This document shows, one piece after another, positions 34,986 through 48,482 of a stretch of DNA of 64,000 nt; position 1 is the first letter of the stretch, and each line of letters begins with the position of its first letter. The translations under genes and the position numbers were made by a program. Origin of the DNA: Orbicella franksi (taxonomy: Eukaryota). Under the pieces are notes generated by a model. It was not told the DNA's origin and searched no databases. It saw nothing but the letters and a program-made list of their open reading frames with translations. The stretch spans positions 19,902,001 through 19,966,000 of the forward strand of contig OZ116699.1 in assembly GCA_964199315.1 (NCBI GenBank), written 5' to 3'.

Positions 34986-36140
34986 TAATCTAACAGCATG
35001 TTCGTCATAGAGGTATGTGCATAGCCGAGTAGCCACTGTTTTTTTTCACTTCTTTGTTGAAGTGTCTCTGCGTAGCCTATCGTTTTTACAGAGGTATCTT
35101 CGTAGCCGCTCCTGCGTTGTCACTATTTCAATAAGTGTTTTCGAGTGGCTGCTTATTCTGCAATGAAGAGTACCTCGAAAAGACCGTACACAGATGCTAA
35201 ATTAAGATTCTTCACAAAGTAAACACATTTATCCTTTCCGACCCCTTGCGAATGTTGCAAACGAAGCGAAGGTGGACACGTGATAAGTATTCCAGCACTC
35301 ATGTCTGAGATTGCAGATCAATAAATCCCAACAATATAATAGCCTGCTTTAGCAGAACAGTACTTAGCATTTAAAGAAATCCATTTTAGTAGAAACGGCG
35401 ACTAGCGATGGCCAAGACGGAAGTTAATTACATTGCGCGGCAACCTAAAGGGTCAGAGACATGCACGCGCACTACTCAGTCTACCCCTCACAGTACGAGA
35501 AGTCCATTAGGTTGACTTGTCTTCTTTCATTTTATTTGAAACGGTATTCTAGTTTTAATTAACTTCACTTTGTCCAAATTGCTTTACTTTAGTGATGTTG
35601 CGTTATTAAAAAGAGACGCTTCAGCGTAAGGGAATTCCCAAAAAAGAACTCGCTCATTGAAACGGCTCATCGCGCGAGGTGTAGTGTGCGATCTCCATTT
35701 CTTTCGCGCCGGCTAACCGATCAACATTTCCTGGGACATTTGAACGCACATCATGTTGCGTGAACCATCTAAACGATCCTTCCTTTGCAAAATGTTAGAT
35801 GAAAATTTCAAGTTAGGGGCGGCTAAACCGTAATGAGACATGCTCACTTGTCAAGTTGTCAAATGAACATGTTTGGTTAGTGCAGGCTGTGCAGTGCATT
35901 TCCCATGTCTCTAATGGGAGACGATCAGTTGCGTAAACTGTTAAAATGCGGTAATAAACTTCAAAGCCTCCGAAAAATATCGGGAATACTCCGACTGTCT
36001 CTATTGTTTTATTAAAACCCGATAAGGTTCATAAAGCTCTTTCAAAGAAGATTACGAATTAGCCAGATTAACACCGCATGGTTGGATTAGGAGTTCCCTT
36101 CATTGCTAAAAAGACAAGTGTATTATTTTGTGGGTCAGTC

Positions 36141-36555
36141 CCCCGGGGGGCAGGATACTCCCAGAAAAAATTTGGTGGGGGTGTGAGGCCCGCTTCCCAA
36201 AACTCTTACCCAATTTATGACGAAAATCTGCCATTTTCCCTACCTTATTTATGACCAGAACAAAGATTCGATACCTTATTTATGACCGTTGTGGCTGACG
36301 CAGTTGCCCTAAACATAATTTTTGAAGGGGTTTTGTTTGTGATCTTATCGATAACGATGAAAAAGTAGCTTCTTCTAAACAACATACCCAATTCAAGACT
36401 GGAGTACAAAAATCATACCCTATTTTTAAAAGACCAAACTGGCCAAATCGATACCCTATTTATGACCAAAACGGCTGAAACGGCTGAAAAACCATACCCT
36501 TTGGGGCCACACATACCTATATAGCCCATATAACGGAGTACCCCCCCCCCCCAGG
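36141..36555 (+). mobile_element. MITE, ~415 bp, CCCCGGGG...CCCCAGG termini, 8-bp TSD GGTCAGTC
   Basis: GGTCAGTC at 36133-36140 and 36556-36563. Terminal motif ATACTCC / GGAGTAC next to G and C runs. Internal repeated ACCYTATTTATGACC motif. Confidence 0.8.
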
Positions 36556-38929
36556 GGTCAGTCGTGGCGTACCTCGACATGGGTAAAGACACATGCGGCC
36601 TTTCAGTGTTTGTTACGCTGAGTCTTGATCATCAGTTCTTATGGGGAATGATACTTGATGCTTCCGCCTTGACTCAGTTTCATGATTAATGAGCAGGTGT
36701 AAGTGGTTGGTATACGTTATTGAAAAATGAAATGGACGCGAGAGGATTTTCTTTCGCTTGTGTTTAATCACTTTCAGGTCCGATTAATCCCAAGACTACC
36801 CTCGACAAGTCTCTCACGCTGCAAAACTACAGGGAAAGAAATGGGAATCCGCCAGCCTCCCTGGACGGGATGACCCCACTAAGTATTCCCGTGATGATAA
36901 AACTGGTAAACACTCGAAACACATGTGCTACTTCGTAACATGATGGAGTAACATTGCTTAGCCAGTAGTTTCCGAAGAGGTTAGGCCAAGCCATTTTTAG
37001 GTAGCGTCACAATAAATATTGTCGGGAAGATTGTGCAGTAACTGACAATCGAGACATATTCACTGCCTTATGAATAATTGAAGATAATCTTGTATTAATA
37101 AGCCTTTTGTTTTTCCGGGGACCTGTTGACCTCAGTAGTGGCAAAATATTAGGTAATAGTGTGAGATTCGGATGGAACGACAACAAACGTCTAATGAGAG
37201 TTGATGGAAGAGAGTTTAACAAATTTTGTCTTTAATTGAGATCATCAGATTTACCCACAAGCAGCCCCCCTTTTGCTTAGATCGCCTTAGGTTGAGCGAG
37301 ACTGAAAAGTTTTAAGCACAAGACATCAATGCCAGTTTGTTTTCCTCGGTATAGTTTAGAGAAGATATCCCATTATCAAGTAAACTAAAACAGATTAATC
37401 TGTTTAAGTGAACGAGGACAGGGAGCAACAAATCTCTGTCCAAAAATAGCTCAGTAGCCTTTCATCGCACCCCAAAATCACATTTTTCACTACAAGACAG
37501 CCATTATGTCCCCCAGGTGTCATTCAAGTAAAGGAAACTCCGGCTCGAGTTGCTTATCAGAGTGTAATCCGTATATTCGAGGCGATAATAGACCTTCAGA
37601 AGACCTCAGAAGAGATATGCAAGGGTTGCCTCTTTTTTTTACCACCAAACCAGATTGACAAGTGATTCTCTCTTTGGCAAGAGAGAGTCACTCACTGTTA
37701 GAGCTCACGAGAGCCGACGAGAGCGATGAGCGTTGATACTCAAACTTCTTCCCCCCTCCCCCCCAAAAAAGAAACAAGTAACAACATGTCTCTATCTTGA
37801 TGAAAATCAAGACCGACATCATGATTACCAGAAGCTACCTTTGTCGCACCAAATTCTCTCTAAGAGAGGTTTAGAAATGTTTAGAGCAATGAGCAGAAAA
37901 CCGTTTTCAATTAGACAGCAAATGCATTGATTCTACAAGTGAGATTTGGAAACGGTGACTGTTTCAACCGTTCCCACCAAGGGTCATAGAGCGAGATTCA
38001 GGCTACATCCTACAATTAAGAGAAGTTCATTGGTTAAACCTAACAACAAGGCGTGGAAGTCTGTTAAAGCACCTTCACGATTTATCGTTTAAATAATCAG
38101 TCCTACAAGTTAATTATGATGTTTTCGGAGGCATTTCTCACGACAACTCAGCCGACAGCCGGACAAGAATTCCAAATCTGCAGCTAGTTAGCGTTTTTTG
38201 CGGTCATTGATAAATAGCTTTCCCTCCTTAACCGCAGCTCTTCCGCTTCAAGGTGCACGTATTCAAACGCCCCACATAATTACTCTGTAAATAATTCTCA
38301 ATTGGTATTGAAGCAACCGAATTACAGTGCTCTGATTGAGTAATGACTGATAACTGTTTCATGCCCCGGCCATCGTTTCATTCGCCAAAATATAAGGGTA
38401 AAGACATGACCCCTTTATGTTTTGACGTTTTGTTATCTAATTGGGAATTATATCCCCGAATATCAGATGGCGAATGAGATAAGCAGAGTCGGGTGAACAA
38501 CTCATCTTTACGTCCTCATTTCCTAAGTCGTCAACTCTCAGTGCTATAACACTCAGGTATTGCAAGTGATACGTGTGGTATCTACTGAGTACCAAGTATA
38601 TAACTTTGACGCCAGCTAAGCTTCACTCAGACGCTTCATACGCCTGATGTTGGGATAAGATACGGATAAAGTGCATTTGGGTAAAGGGATATCTTCATTT
38701 TCTGCTAAAATCGATTGAAGGTGAGATAACTCATTGAATGGTTGGTTTTATTCGTTGCAATAATATGCTTAGTAGCTTATCATGGCGTCATATGCCTTAT
38801 CTTTCTTGTGAGTTGGCCCCATGACTATTTCCATGTGGACGTAGCGTATTGAAGTCATAAATCTCACTGTCTGCCTTATTGTACCATGATAGTCATAATC
38901 AATTAACTTAAATCTCCTCGTGTACACTA

Positions 38930-39146
38930 AATAGACCTTTCCCCTGGACCTTTCTTGTCTGGGCGGTTTGTTTTCCCACTTCAGACCACGAAATATTCTC
39001 TGAAGAAAATTTCTTTCATCCGTCTAAAAATTATTCATTCATGATATACACGCGACTATTCGAAAATTTGAACTCCAAGAATTCTCAAGAGTATCATCAC
39101 ATAGTCTGAATGGAGAAACAAACCACCCAAGCTAAAAAGGTCTATT
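38930..39146. mobile_element. Possible small MITE with an 11-bp TIR
   Basis: AATAGACCTTT (38930-38940) ... AAAGGTCTATT (39136-39146). No second copy in the window. Confidence 0.35.
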
Positions 39147-42100
39147 CATTCAGAGGGCATCCTTTGCACTGAAATTAGTTGAACAACAACATATAAACTT
39201 TCCTCGCATTCGGTGCAGATATCTCCATGACATTCCTCACCCCCTATTACAGCTGACTTATTTCAGAAATGCATGTTCATGTTTCTTTGCGTTGTCGCAG
39301 ACTATCGTAAGTACTGAAAAGTGGTCGACTTGATGACTTGTTTATCAAGAACTCCAGAAGAGTTCACTTTGTCACTGTCACAAGTAACTGTATTATTATG
39401 AAGAACACGCTTGATTGACGCTAACTACTAGCAGACGTTTCGTTGATCAGTATAGTCCAGGTCAAATCCAACTTTTTATATTCTTGCTCCATGTAATAAT
39501 CACCTGAATCGAGAGTTGCTTACATTAAATCCTTCTAGGAATACGCAACCGATTTTTTTGTAGACTCTGGGGTGAACAGTTTTGAATCAAACTGAATTGC
39601 CTCGACAAAAAAAAAATCGCGGGCTCAGCCGATTCTCGGGACGGGATTCATGAAAAGACCCGTTTCATGACAAGATCCTTCCTTGGCTTTAGCGGTTGAA
39701 CAAGGACTTAAAATCGAACTCGGCGAAAGAAAAGGACAAAATAATATAGAACAAACTGTCTAGTTTATGGCAATGGTTGTACTCTGAGGTTGCGATGGTC
39801 GACAATGAATAATGTCCCCATCAGCAGCACTGGCCATGTGCATGGGATAAACACATATAAGTACTCAATCCCATTGCTTACTTTTTTGTTTATAATTCGC
39901 GAAAACTACGTCATCGGAAACATCTGCTTGGTGCCCAAGAAAAAAAAAATCCAATTTCTTTGTCACTTGTCATTTGACCGCCACTCACAACAAATAGGGC
40001 ACTTGACCGCTGAAGCAAAATAATTTGCAAGGAAAGGCCCTCAAATGGGTAAATTAAGTAGATAAGGAACCAGGGAAACTGTTATCTCATTACGAAATAC
40101 AGCTATACAAGCCATGTTTGTCACGCTGCGAGAGGAAAGTCATTACACGAGCTAACAAAGCTTACAAAGTCCACGCGCGAATACTCGCGATTTCCGTCGA
40201 GAAGGGGAGGGGCGCTTGACTTAAAATTAAAAATGAGTGAAAGAACAAAGGGGACAGGGGAGGGCTATGTCATATGTCAGGGGAGGGCTATGTCATAGTC
40301 ATATTTATGCAATATCTTGATGTGTCTAATGTTGTACCAATAATAGCGTCGATGCTCGAAATCAGGGTCATTTGTAATCTGTATAATCTTGGCTTTTTTT
40401 TAATGACCGCTTTTCTCGTTATGGAACTAAGTGAAAGAGATACTAACTGCTTTCGGTTTACTGCTCCTTCTCTCCTTGGGGTAATGTTTATAAGTTTCAG
40501 AACCATGATCTCAAGCTTTCCATCTCTTTTAGTAACGTAATTCATCTCAGGTTGGAGTGAACGAATAGTCTCTCTATATGACTCAGTGATGACTGAACAT
40601 CAGCTCTATAATATACACTACCAGTATTAACAACACTCTTCTTTATTAATTACGTTTTCGTTTAACGGTGGAAGAAACGTGTAGCATTGTCACCGGTTCT
40701 CTTACTTCTTCAGTGGAAATTCGTTAGCAATGGATGATCAGTCCAAGATTAGAAAGTCACATCAATTGTCAGGATAGGATAATTTCTCTTAACAAATCCT
40801 GGAGATTAGCAAATGCAGTGTCCCAGTAGCACTTGGAACTTGAACCCTGTAGAAAGTGAACAAAAGTTTGCAGTTTCTTTTGTATTAGCTTGCATCTTTG
40901 TCCCTTATAACTGCGCTTAGTGCGTTTCTCAGGCGGCTACAGTGGTGTTTCCAAGTGGCGGAAAGCATTTACAACACAATAGAACAAATTTTCTTAAAAG
41001 AAAAGTCCCTGGGTTTGTCTTCTCAGCCGCATTAACTGAGGCGCGAGTGAAATAGACAGACAAGGCCCTGGGGAAGTGTTTGGAAAATTTACACAATACG
41101 CCGTGATGACGTCACATGAAGGCGTAAAACAGGTTGCAGCTGGGCGTCACATAAGGCGTGATTACACGTGTAAGGGTGTGGTCAAGGTGCGATGAATAGC
41201 AAATCAAGTGTATTATGTGGCTAGGTAGAGTCTCAGCATTTTGATAGTCACGTGAGCTGAACACACCTAACAAGCAATCATAACCTTTAAATAGAAAGAA
41301 AGTTGGAATTATTATCATTGCACTGCTTGATACTAAGCAAAGTTGATTGGTATTATCTAAACTGAACAAAACCGGCGGGGAGCAGTTTGGCGATTGGATT
41401 TGCGAATCAGTTAGGTAAGACATGTATATCACATTTATCGTTAACACTAGAGTGGATGATGACTTAAATATCATTACTTACTGTCGGCTAAAGATACTAC
41501 ATATCAACAATAACAACTCTGGCGGTTAATACGTGGGAGTAACGAATAAGGAATTTACTTAATACGCAACTTGTCTACAAATGGGGCTTTCAAACAGGGA
41601 AACTGGAAAAGTGAGCTGTCAACCCAGGTACTGAAAAAAACTTAAACCACATTTATGCAAACTTTTTAAACAAATCTCTGCCGGTATAATCTTTTGATAA
41701 TGTTCCGAATATAACAATGAAATTTTTGTGGTTGTACAAAAACAATGACCACGCGAAAATGGCTTCAACTACAATGCTGTCACTTGATTTAGCTTTATTT
41801 TCTTGCTCTAGATTTCTTTTTTAAATTTATTTAAGTCATGTGACCTGCTGTGGTTATGTCGCTTTCCAATGCACTTGAAAATGAAACTGCCAATGGAGCA
41901 TTTTGGCTTCACAAACTTTATGCTCTCCCTATTAATGCCGACCATTTAAGAAAACAAGTTGGCTTGTCAAACGCCTGCGGATGTGCCTTCGAACACTTTT
42001 CCCAAACGCCGCTTCCTGTGCGAATTAAAGTGCTTTCAGAAGCTATCGAAGTGAGTTGAAAAATATTTGAAGTGAATGGGTACGTTTGAAGGAGGGAATA

Positions 42101-43689
42101 TGCACATAAACCAATATTTCGTAAACTAAATAAAACCTTTCGTGAGCAGGACATCTCTTCTACCGTGACGTAAACAAAGTCATTCACACGTTTTTTACTG
42201 GTTTAATTATCCTTGTTGTCCAATTTGTAATTTGGAAATGATGACTTTGGACTTCCTTTATGTAAATTTTAGTTTTCCGACGTAAGGATTAAGTGGGCAT
42301 TGTAAAACACATGGGCGTGTTGACCACAAATAATTTCTGACCCCATTGGGTCATCTCTCCATTGATGGAATAAAATACAAAAAGTCTCCCCATTGATGTA
42401 AGAAGAATCTTTGTTGGTAAACATAACTCTAAAAGAGCCGTTTATGAAGAAAAACTCGTCATTTAGAGCCTGAAAGTGAAACTGTTAGTCGGAAACAGCA
42501 ATCCTCTGCTACCCAGAATGTAGACATGTCTATGTATTTGATACTCTCAGCGCCCGAGGTGAGTCGTTTGGGATAGATTTCGCCATCCCTCAACCCGTTG
42601 AAATTATTTTCACAATGCACAATTATCAATTGAATTAGCTTCACTCCTGGCTTCACTAAATCAATGAACCAAAATTTAACAGAATTTCTCAGCTCAGTTT
42701 ATACTAGCAGGTGCAGAAATGTTATCTGGAGTGTTTCGCACATCTAGCTCCCAGTCACAGAGTATAGAGGGATCCCGTCAGTAATATTCTACTGACGCAC
42801 AGTCTTGACAATTTAATTAAATCTAGACGAAAACAAGTTATCTCTGGCCACGGTTGTTTGTAATCAGATCGTCAGAGACGTAGTTCAACACACCCACAAT
42901 GCTATCTTCATGACGATCAAGGCGGATCCCTTCAGTATGTTATGATACTGCTGATACACAGAGCGCTACTAAATTTCCCGCGCATTTTTGCTTCCTTTAG
43001 CTCATGAACGTAAACCTTTTTACCTATCATCACCATGTTTTCCAAATGATTATTATGTAGACGTAGCTTCTTGTCTACTGCGTCTTTCAATGTGACCCGA
43101 CCACCGAATTATTTCTTAATTAATTAACTGGAAGCAATTCAATATATTCCATTACTAAACACAAAATATCTCTGTCACCTCTTCAGTCGCACAGGGTCGA
43201 TAGACGGTTTAAACTTAATTATCATTAGAAATCCAAATGGCCTTTTGCCTCACGTGACGTAAAGAGGACTAAGCAAATAAGGAACTCTTAGACCTCAAAT
43301 TTCCCACACGACTAATCCGTTTTGGGTCACGTGCTGCGCTCATTAATTTCAGTGATATTCACGATCACAGGATTATATTAGGCAGACAAGTAATTCAATA
43401 TTTTATCGACAGCTAAAGTTTTCACCGCTATTTTTATTAGCTGTGTTGGATCAAAGTCTTACGTGATAATATCGAAAGGAAGTATGGGTACAACAAGATC
43501 GATGAGATATAGACACGTGGTTTCGTACGTTTTCGTTGTCTTCAGAAGTGTGAAAAGAAGGTACTTTTAGCCTCACTTGAGAAAAAAACGAATATTCCAA
43601 GTGAATATCGTTATAACCTACACCAAGATTCGGTCTTAGCGTATAAGATTGAAGCTCTTATCCCACAAAATTTGGTTACATGCTATGGA

Positions 43690-44410
43690 AACGTGGTTGC
43701 AAGATAACGTGGTAACATAATATAATTACAAGGTTAACATGATAAAATGGTAACTTGGAAACACGGTGTGGCAAAATGGTAACAAGGTAACATAATGGCA
43801 CAGTAACATGATAACATGTCAACATGGTGACAGGATCACAAGGTGACATGATAACATGGCAGGAATGGTAGCTGGCAGCACGGTGACAAGGTAACATGGT
43901 AATACGGTAAGACAATAACACAATAACATGGTAACGTGGCAACATAATACCATGGTAACATAATAACAAGGTAACATAATAATATGTTAGCATGGTAGCA
44001 TGGTAACATGGTGACATGATAACATGACAGCATGGTGACATGGCAGCATGCTAACATGGTAAAACCATAACATGGTAGTATGGTAACATAGTAGGAAAAT
44101 AGCATAATAACACGGCAATATGATAACATGGCAGCCATGGTAGCATGGTGACATGGTAACACGATAACATAGTAACATCGTAACTCAATTACATGGCAAC
44201 ATGATAACGTGGTAACATGATATAATAGTAACATAATAACATGGTAATATGGTAACATGGTATAACATGGTAACATGATGACATGGTAAACCGATAACAA
44301 GGTAGAATGGTACCATGATAACATAGTAACGTAGTAGGACCGTAATAGCACGGTAACATAGTAACATAGTCACATGGTAACACGCCAACATGGTAACATT
44401 GGAACATGGA
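43690..44410 (+). repeat. Degenerate 8-bp-period satellite (consensus CATGGTAA), ~720 bp
   Basis: Runs such as CATGGTAA CATGGTAA TATGGTAA CATGGTAT AACATGGTAA CATGATGA. This explains the overlapping Y/C/H/V-rich minus-strand ORFs in the track. Confidence 0.92.
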
Positions 44411-45403
44411 ACAGTCAAACAAGACGTAACGGGGAAACTTGAAGGCCGGAAGATTTCAGTGCAAAATACATGGACTGTTCACGCTCTGGGTGCAGAGTGA
44501 TTTTTTTGTTTCGATAGACCGTACCCTAATCCACTGTTGTCCATCTTCCACGAAAGAAGACGTTAGGAGATGGACTCTGGGAGGCTACCTCATGCAAACA
44601 TCAAGAGATACAAGTAAATAACCAGGCACTTACAATACAAACAAATCTGACACAATTAGTGCACGCGCGCTACGTAACAGAGGTACCCTAAGGGTGAAGC
44701 TTCACACAATAGAAAAGTGTACAACGCTGAAAAAGTGCTTAGCGGCTTAAAACGTTCGCACGTTGTTTTGTTCACTGTTGGGCTAAGCCAATTTCAAGTC
44801 GGCAGCTTGTTTCACTAGGTTCTAATTTACATCGTCTAATGCGTATTGATTTCAGATCCCTACCGAAGTGAGGCAAAACGTGTAAGGCGCAAGGCGGGGT
44901 CTTTTTAACGCCCCGTGACTACCGCTTTATTGTGTAACTGAGTCAGAAAAGAGGAGTACTCATATAACAGTAACATATGCATTCCGCTGTGGGAGGAAGT
45001 GGGTGAGAACTGCAATATATGGTATTTTGGTTGGCTGGAAGACTTTACAAAAGCATGCAGAAACGCGTTGTTAATTTGGAACGTGACAAAATAAACAATA
45101 ATTTGGCTTCAAATTGTGTAAGATTCTTACGATCCAAAGCTCCATCAAAAACTTCTGATCATAATCCTTCTTTCCTTCATGTATATCACTCCCCAATCGA
45201 GAAGAAATTGCGGCAAAGGTTTACTCGAGAACTAATTTTACTGTACGGTTTCTTTTGTACTTTAGCGAACTTGTGTTCACACAGGAAAACGAGCGTTTGC
45301 TGCATGAACCGATGAAAGTTACGTACTGCCCGGCTTTTAATCACGCTAACGTGAGCCGCTTCTGTAATTAACAGATCACGAAAATATCAATTTACACTAG
45401 CGG

Positions 45404-45644
45404 GTAGGTAAACGAGCCAAGGAGTATATCTACTCCCCCACCCTGGATGGTAAGCTAGTCCATCGCAAGGTTACCCTCCAACATTAAATTCGCCGGTACC
45501 CATCTATACAGCTGAGTGAAGAGAGGCACTGTGAGAGTAAAGTGTCTTCCTCAAGAGCACAACACAATGTCCTCGGCCAGGACTCGAACCCGGGCCGCTC
45601 AATCCGGAGTCGAACGCACTAACCACGTGGCCACCGCGCCTCCC
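45404..45644 (-). mobile_element. tRNA-derived SINE with intact Pol III head
   Basis: The minus strand reads GGGAGGCGCGGTGGCCACGTGGTTAGTGCG (A-box region) ... CCGGGTTCGAGTCC (B-box), then TTGTGTTGTGCTCTTGAGGAAGACACTTTACTCTCACAGTGCCTCTC...ATGGGTACCGGCGAA. Further copies occur in the window. Confidence 0.88.
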
Positions 45645-48482
45645 ACACTAGTAGATAGTTTATTGAAAAATCTTCCTGTATTAAAGTGCGAAAAATCAGA
45701 CAAGCAAAAAAACTACCAAAAACAAGTACCCAGAGCTGCAGGAAATAAAATATAAAAGCCAAAAATAGAAAAGGGGGCCTTGCCAAAACGCAAAGGCAGG
45801 AACTCTTTGAGTTCGGTGATTGGTCAAAAGGATTTTCTACACTACAGGTACTGAGATGTTAAACTACAACATCTCATAAAGGCAGTAGACTAAATATATT
45901 TTAATAAATAATTTGCCGGCAGAATGAGCTTCTTAGGATCCTGGAAAAACACGCACAGTTTCTAGATCACTTGCCATCGGCTTATGCTGTGGTTCACCCA
46001 GCGCGTGATTATGACACCGATAAACCAAATGTTTTGTCTACTTCATAAGAAACGTAATTCGAGTATAACTCCGTTAAATGTTTCTTAAGCTGCAAACCCT
46101 TATCAACAGACTCCTAAATGGTACACATAAAGTCCCACAAGTGGTCTTCAAAAACTCAGTCATTCTGTCGCGGTACGGAAATTGCGTTTTTTTTTGGAGT
46201 GCGGAAACACGACTCCAAGCCACAGTGTCTCCGTAACTTCCCGGTGATAAGATTAAATGTCTAGGTGGGTTAAAAGGGTTAAAGAGACAAAAGAAGAGCT
46301 TATCACATCGTGGTGGGCAAAGCAATGTTGCAAAACCACAAGTCGAGGACGAGAAGAATCATTTGTTCCAGATAGGTTCAAGACCAAGAGGAGAGTTACA
46401 ATGCTGTCAAGTCCGTATAATTAAACTAGTGACTTGCAAGTACGGTACAAGCTAAAGAAAAGTGCTCTGGAAGAGAATCTTCAAACTGAGGTGTAATCGC
46501 GTGTCGGGTATAGTTCCATCGACCAGTATCAAGCAGAAGAGATCCTATTAGGTAATTCATTCTTCGACTTCTTGCGGTAATAGGATAGATAAAAAAATAA
46601 AACACGGAAGAAATTGGCCGTTTCAGGGTAAAAACCAATGCCAAATCGGAACACGTAACTCACAAAACGCTGCCTGTCATAGAAACCTCATCAGTGGGCG
46701 TGTTCGGCGAGAAAGGCATCGGCGCCATTACATGCGTGACATTATAGAAATACTGGACACATTGACTGAATGAACTATTGTTGTTGTAATGGTTAACAAG
46801 ACGTTTCTAATAGTTTAGAGCCATAATTTTGCGTGCAAACTTTGCACACACTGGTCACGCGATAAATCGAGAGTAAACGTGGTATTTCCGTGAAGGATCC
46901 AAGGGTAGTGGGTGGTCCCCAAACCGTCCTTCTGGTTATCAAAACACGAAGGACGTTTTTTTTTCCTTTTTCTTCGATGGAACTCTGTGGTTCTGGTTAA
47001 CGCAAGTTTATGCTAGCACGCTAATTTCTTAATTGTCATCCAATACTATGGCAATGTAAATTTTTACTTACGAAAGTCAAGTGTCCAAAAACTAATTAGC
47101 TCCTATTCGGGTCTGACCACAATCAAGCTCGTAAGATTGCTCAACTTGACAGGCCTCAAGCACTGGGTGCATGTAGTAATAATAATCGTTAGCATTTAAA
47201 AAGATTGATTATGAAGCTCACGGATGTGATGTTAAGGAAAACAGGCCGGGAACTTACTTAAAGCGGGTATTGGTATTAGTGTTAATTTGAAGTATACCTC
47301 CATCGGAGCAGGATAAGGGCATGTAGTTCATTTACCTTCTTGACATTCAAAAAAGAAGTCCAGGTCCTTCTCAGTTCAGAGAACAAGAGTGCGAGTTTCT
47401 ATTTAGACTGGATGTATACAAAACTCGTTTTGAAGTTCTTTGTGCTTCCATGTTTTGACAATTTACTTTCCAGATTAAATCTTAGATAATAAACCTCTTT
47501 TGTTAGTGAGCAATTAGCTGAGCTATTGTGTCCTGCAGGTCAGTTTGTGTCGACTGCCACTACAATAGCTTCTTTGAAGAGCCTTTCGTTCAACCGTGAA
47601 GCTTAGACTGCTAAAAACTTCTATAAGCCATACGTAGTCGGACGCAACTGACATCCTTCTTACCCTTGGGACAAGGAATTTATGGCGTACGCCGTCTAAA
47701 CGGGGCTCACGTTCCAATCCGTTTAAAGGAATCCTACATAACATATCTCCACCGCACTCGAGGTCAAATGCACGCGTAAAGTAAGCAGTCTTCATACATC
47801 TCGTTTGAATGTTGGTTTTTCGAAGGTAAGTTGTAATATCACGAGGCTCCAATCGGTACGCAATTTCAATATCGTTATCGACAAACAACGAAACTTCTTA
47901 TACTCAGTATGACAAGCGTTAACCATCGTCGTTCTCTGCCTGACAGTACTGCTTGCATAATCGGTGAAAATGTCTGTGAACAGAAATATTCTGCTTGCTC
48001 TGCGGACAAAAGCGCAGCAAAGATGCAGATACCGTATCCACAGAGAATTATTAAACAAAGCTTTGCACGTAGCTATACATCGCCACTGGAGCGTGATTTC
48101 ATTTTGTCCTTGGGTAAACGGATTTGACACTAAACTTCATTAATGCAAGTCATCTGTAAACAACCTTGTAATTTCCAAATTCATACGAAGTTAATGGTTG
48201 CTAGATATGGTTTATTTGCGACCAGAGCGATGGCTCCGAGCCAAATACTACAAAGTGTCTAATTATCAAAATTTGCCCTGGGGTTACTGTTGAACTTTGC
48301 AAGGGTAGTTTGTTTAGATTCAGTTGTATTCGCGGAAACGCCAGACAACACGTGCTTGTACCAGTGAAGATTAACACGTGCCTAACTCTGTTTTTCAGCT
48401 TTCACGGTCAGCAGTTTCATCTTCAACAAGTTTCAATCAGCGGATAATAAAACAACTGAATGTAATCGCCGCACAAGATACA

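Noticed and set aside
43676-44422. Five Tyr/His/Cys-rich ORFs (63-171 aa) as metal-binding proteins or a CRISPR-like array
   Set aside because: They are products of an 8-bp satellite. There are no unique spacers between constant repeats and no cas genes, and the context is eukaryotic.
45570-45644. tRNA gene
   Set aside because: It has A and B boxes but no closing acceptor stem and runs directly into a repeated SINE body, so it is a SINE head.
47523-48130. ORFs of 121, 112 and 72 aa upstream of the protease
   Set aside because: No recognisable domain, mostly non-ATG starts and no supporting splice pattern. They cannot be told apart from chance ORFs without expression data.
48378-48482. 35-codon N-terminal extension of the protease from a GTG start
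   Set aside because: The first ATG at 48483 is followed directly by a signal peptide, and eukaryotic initiation at the upstream GTG is unsupported.
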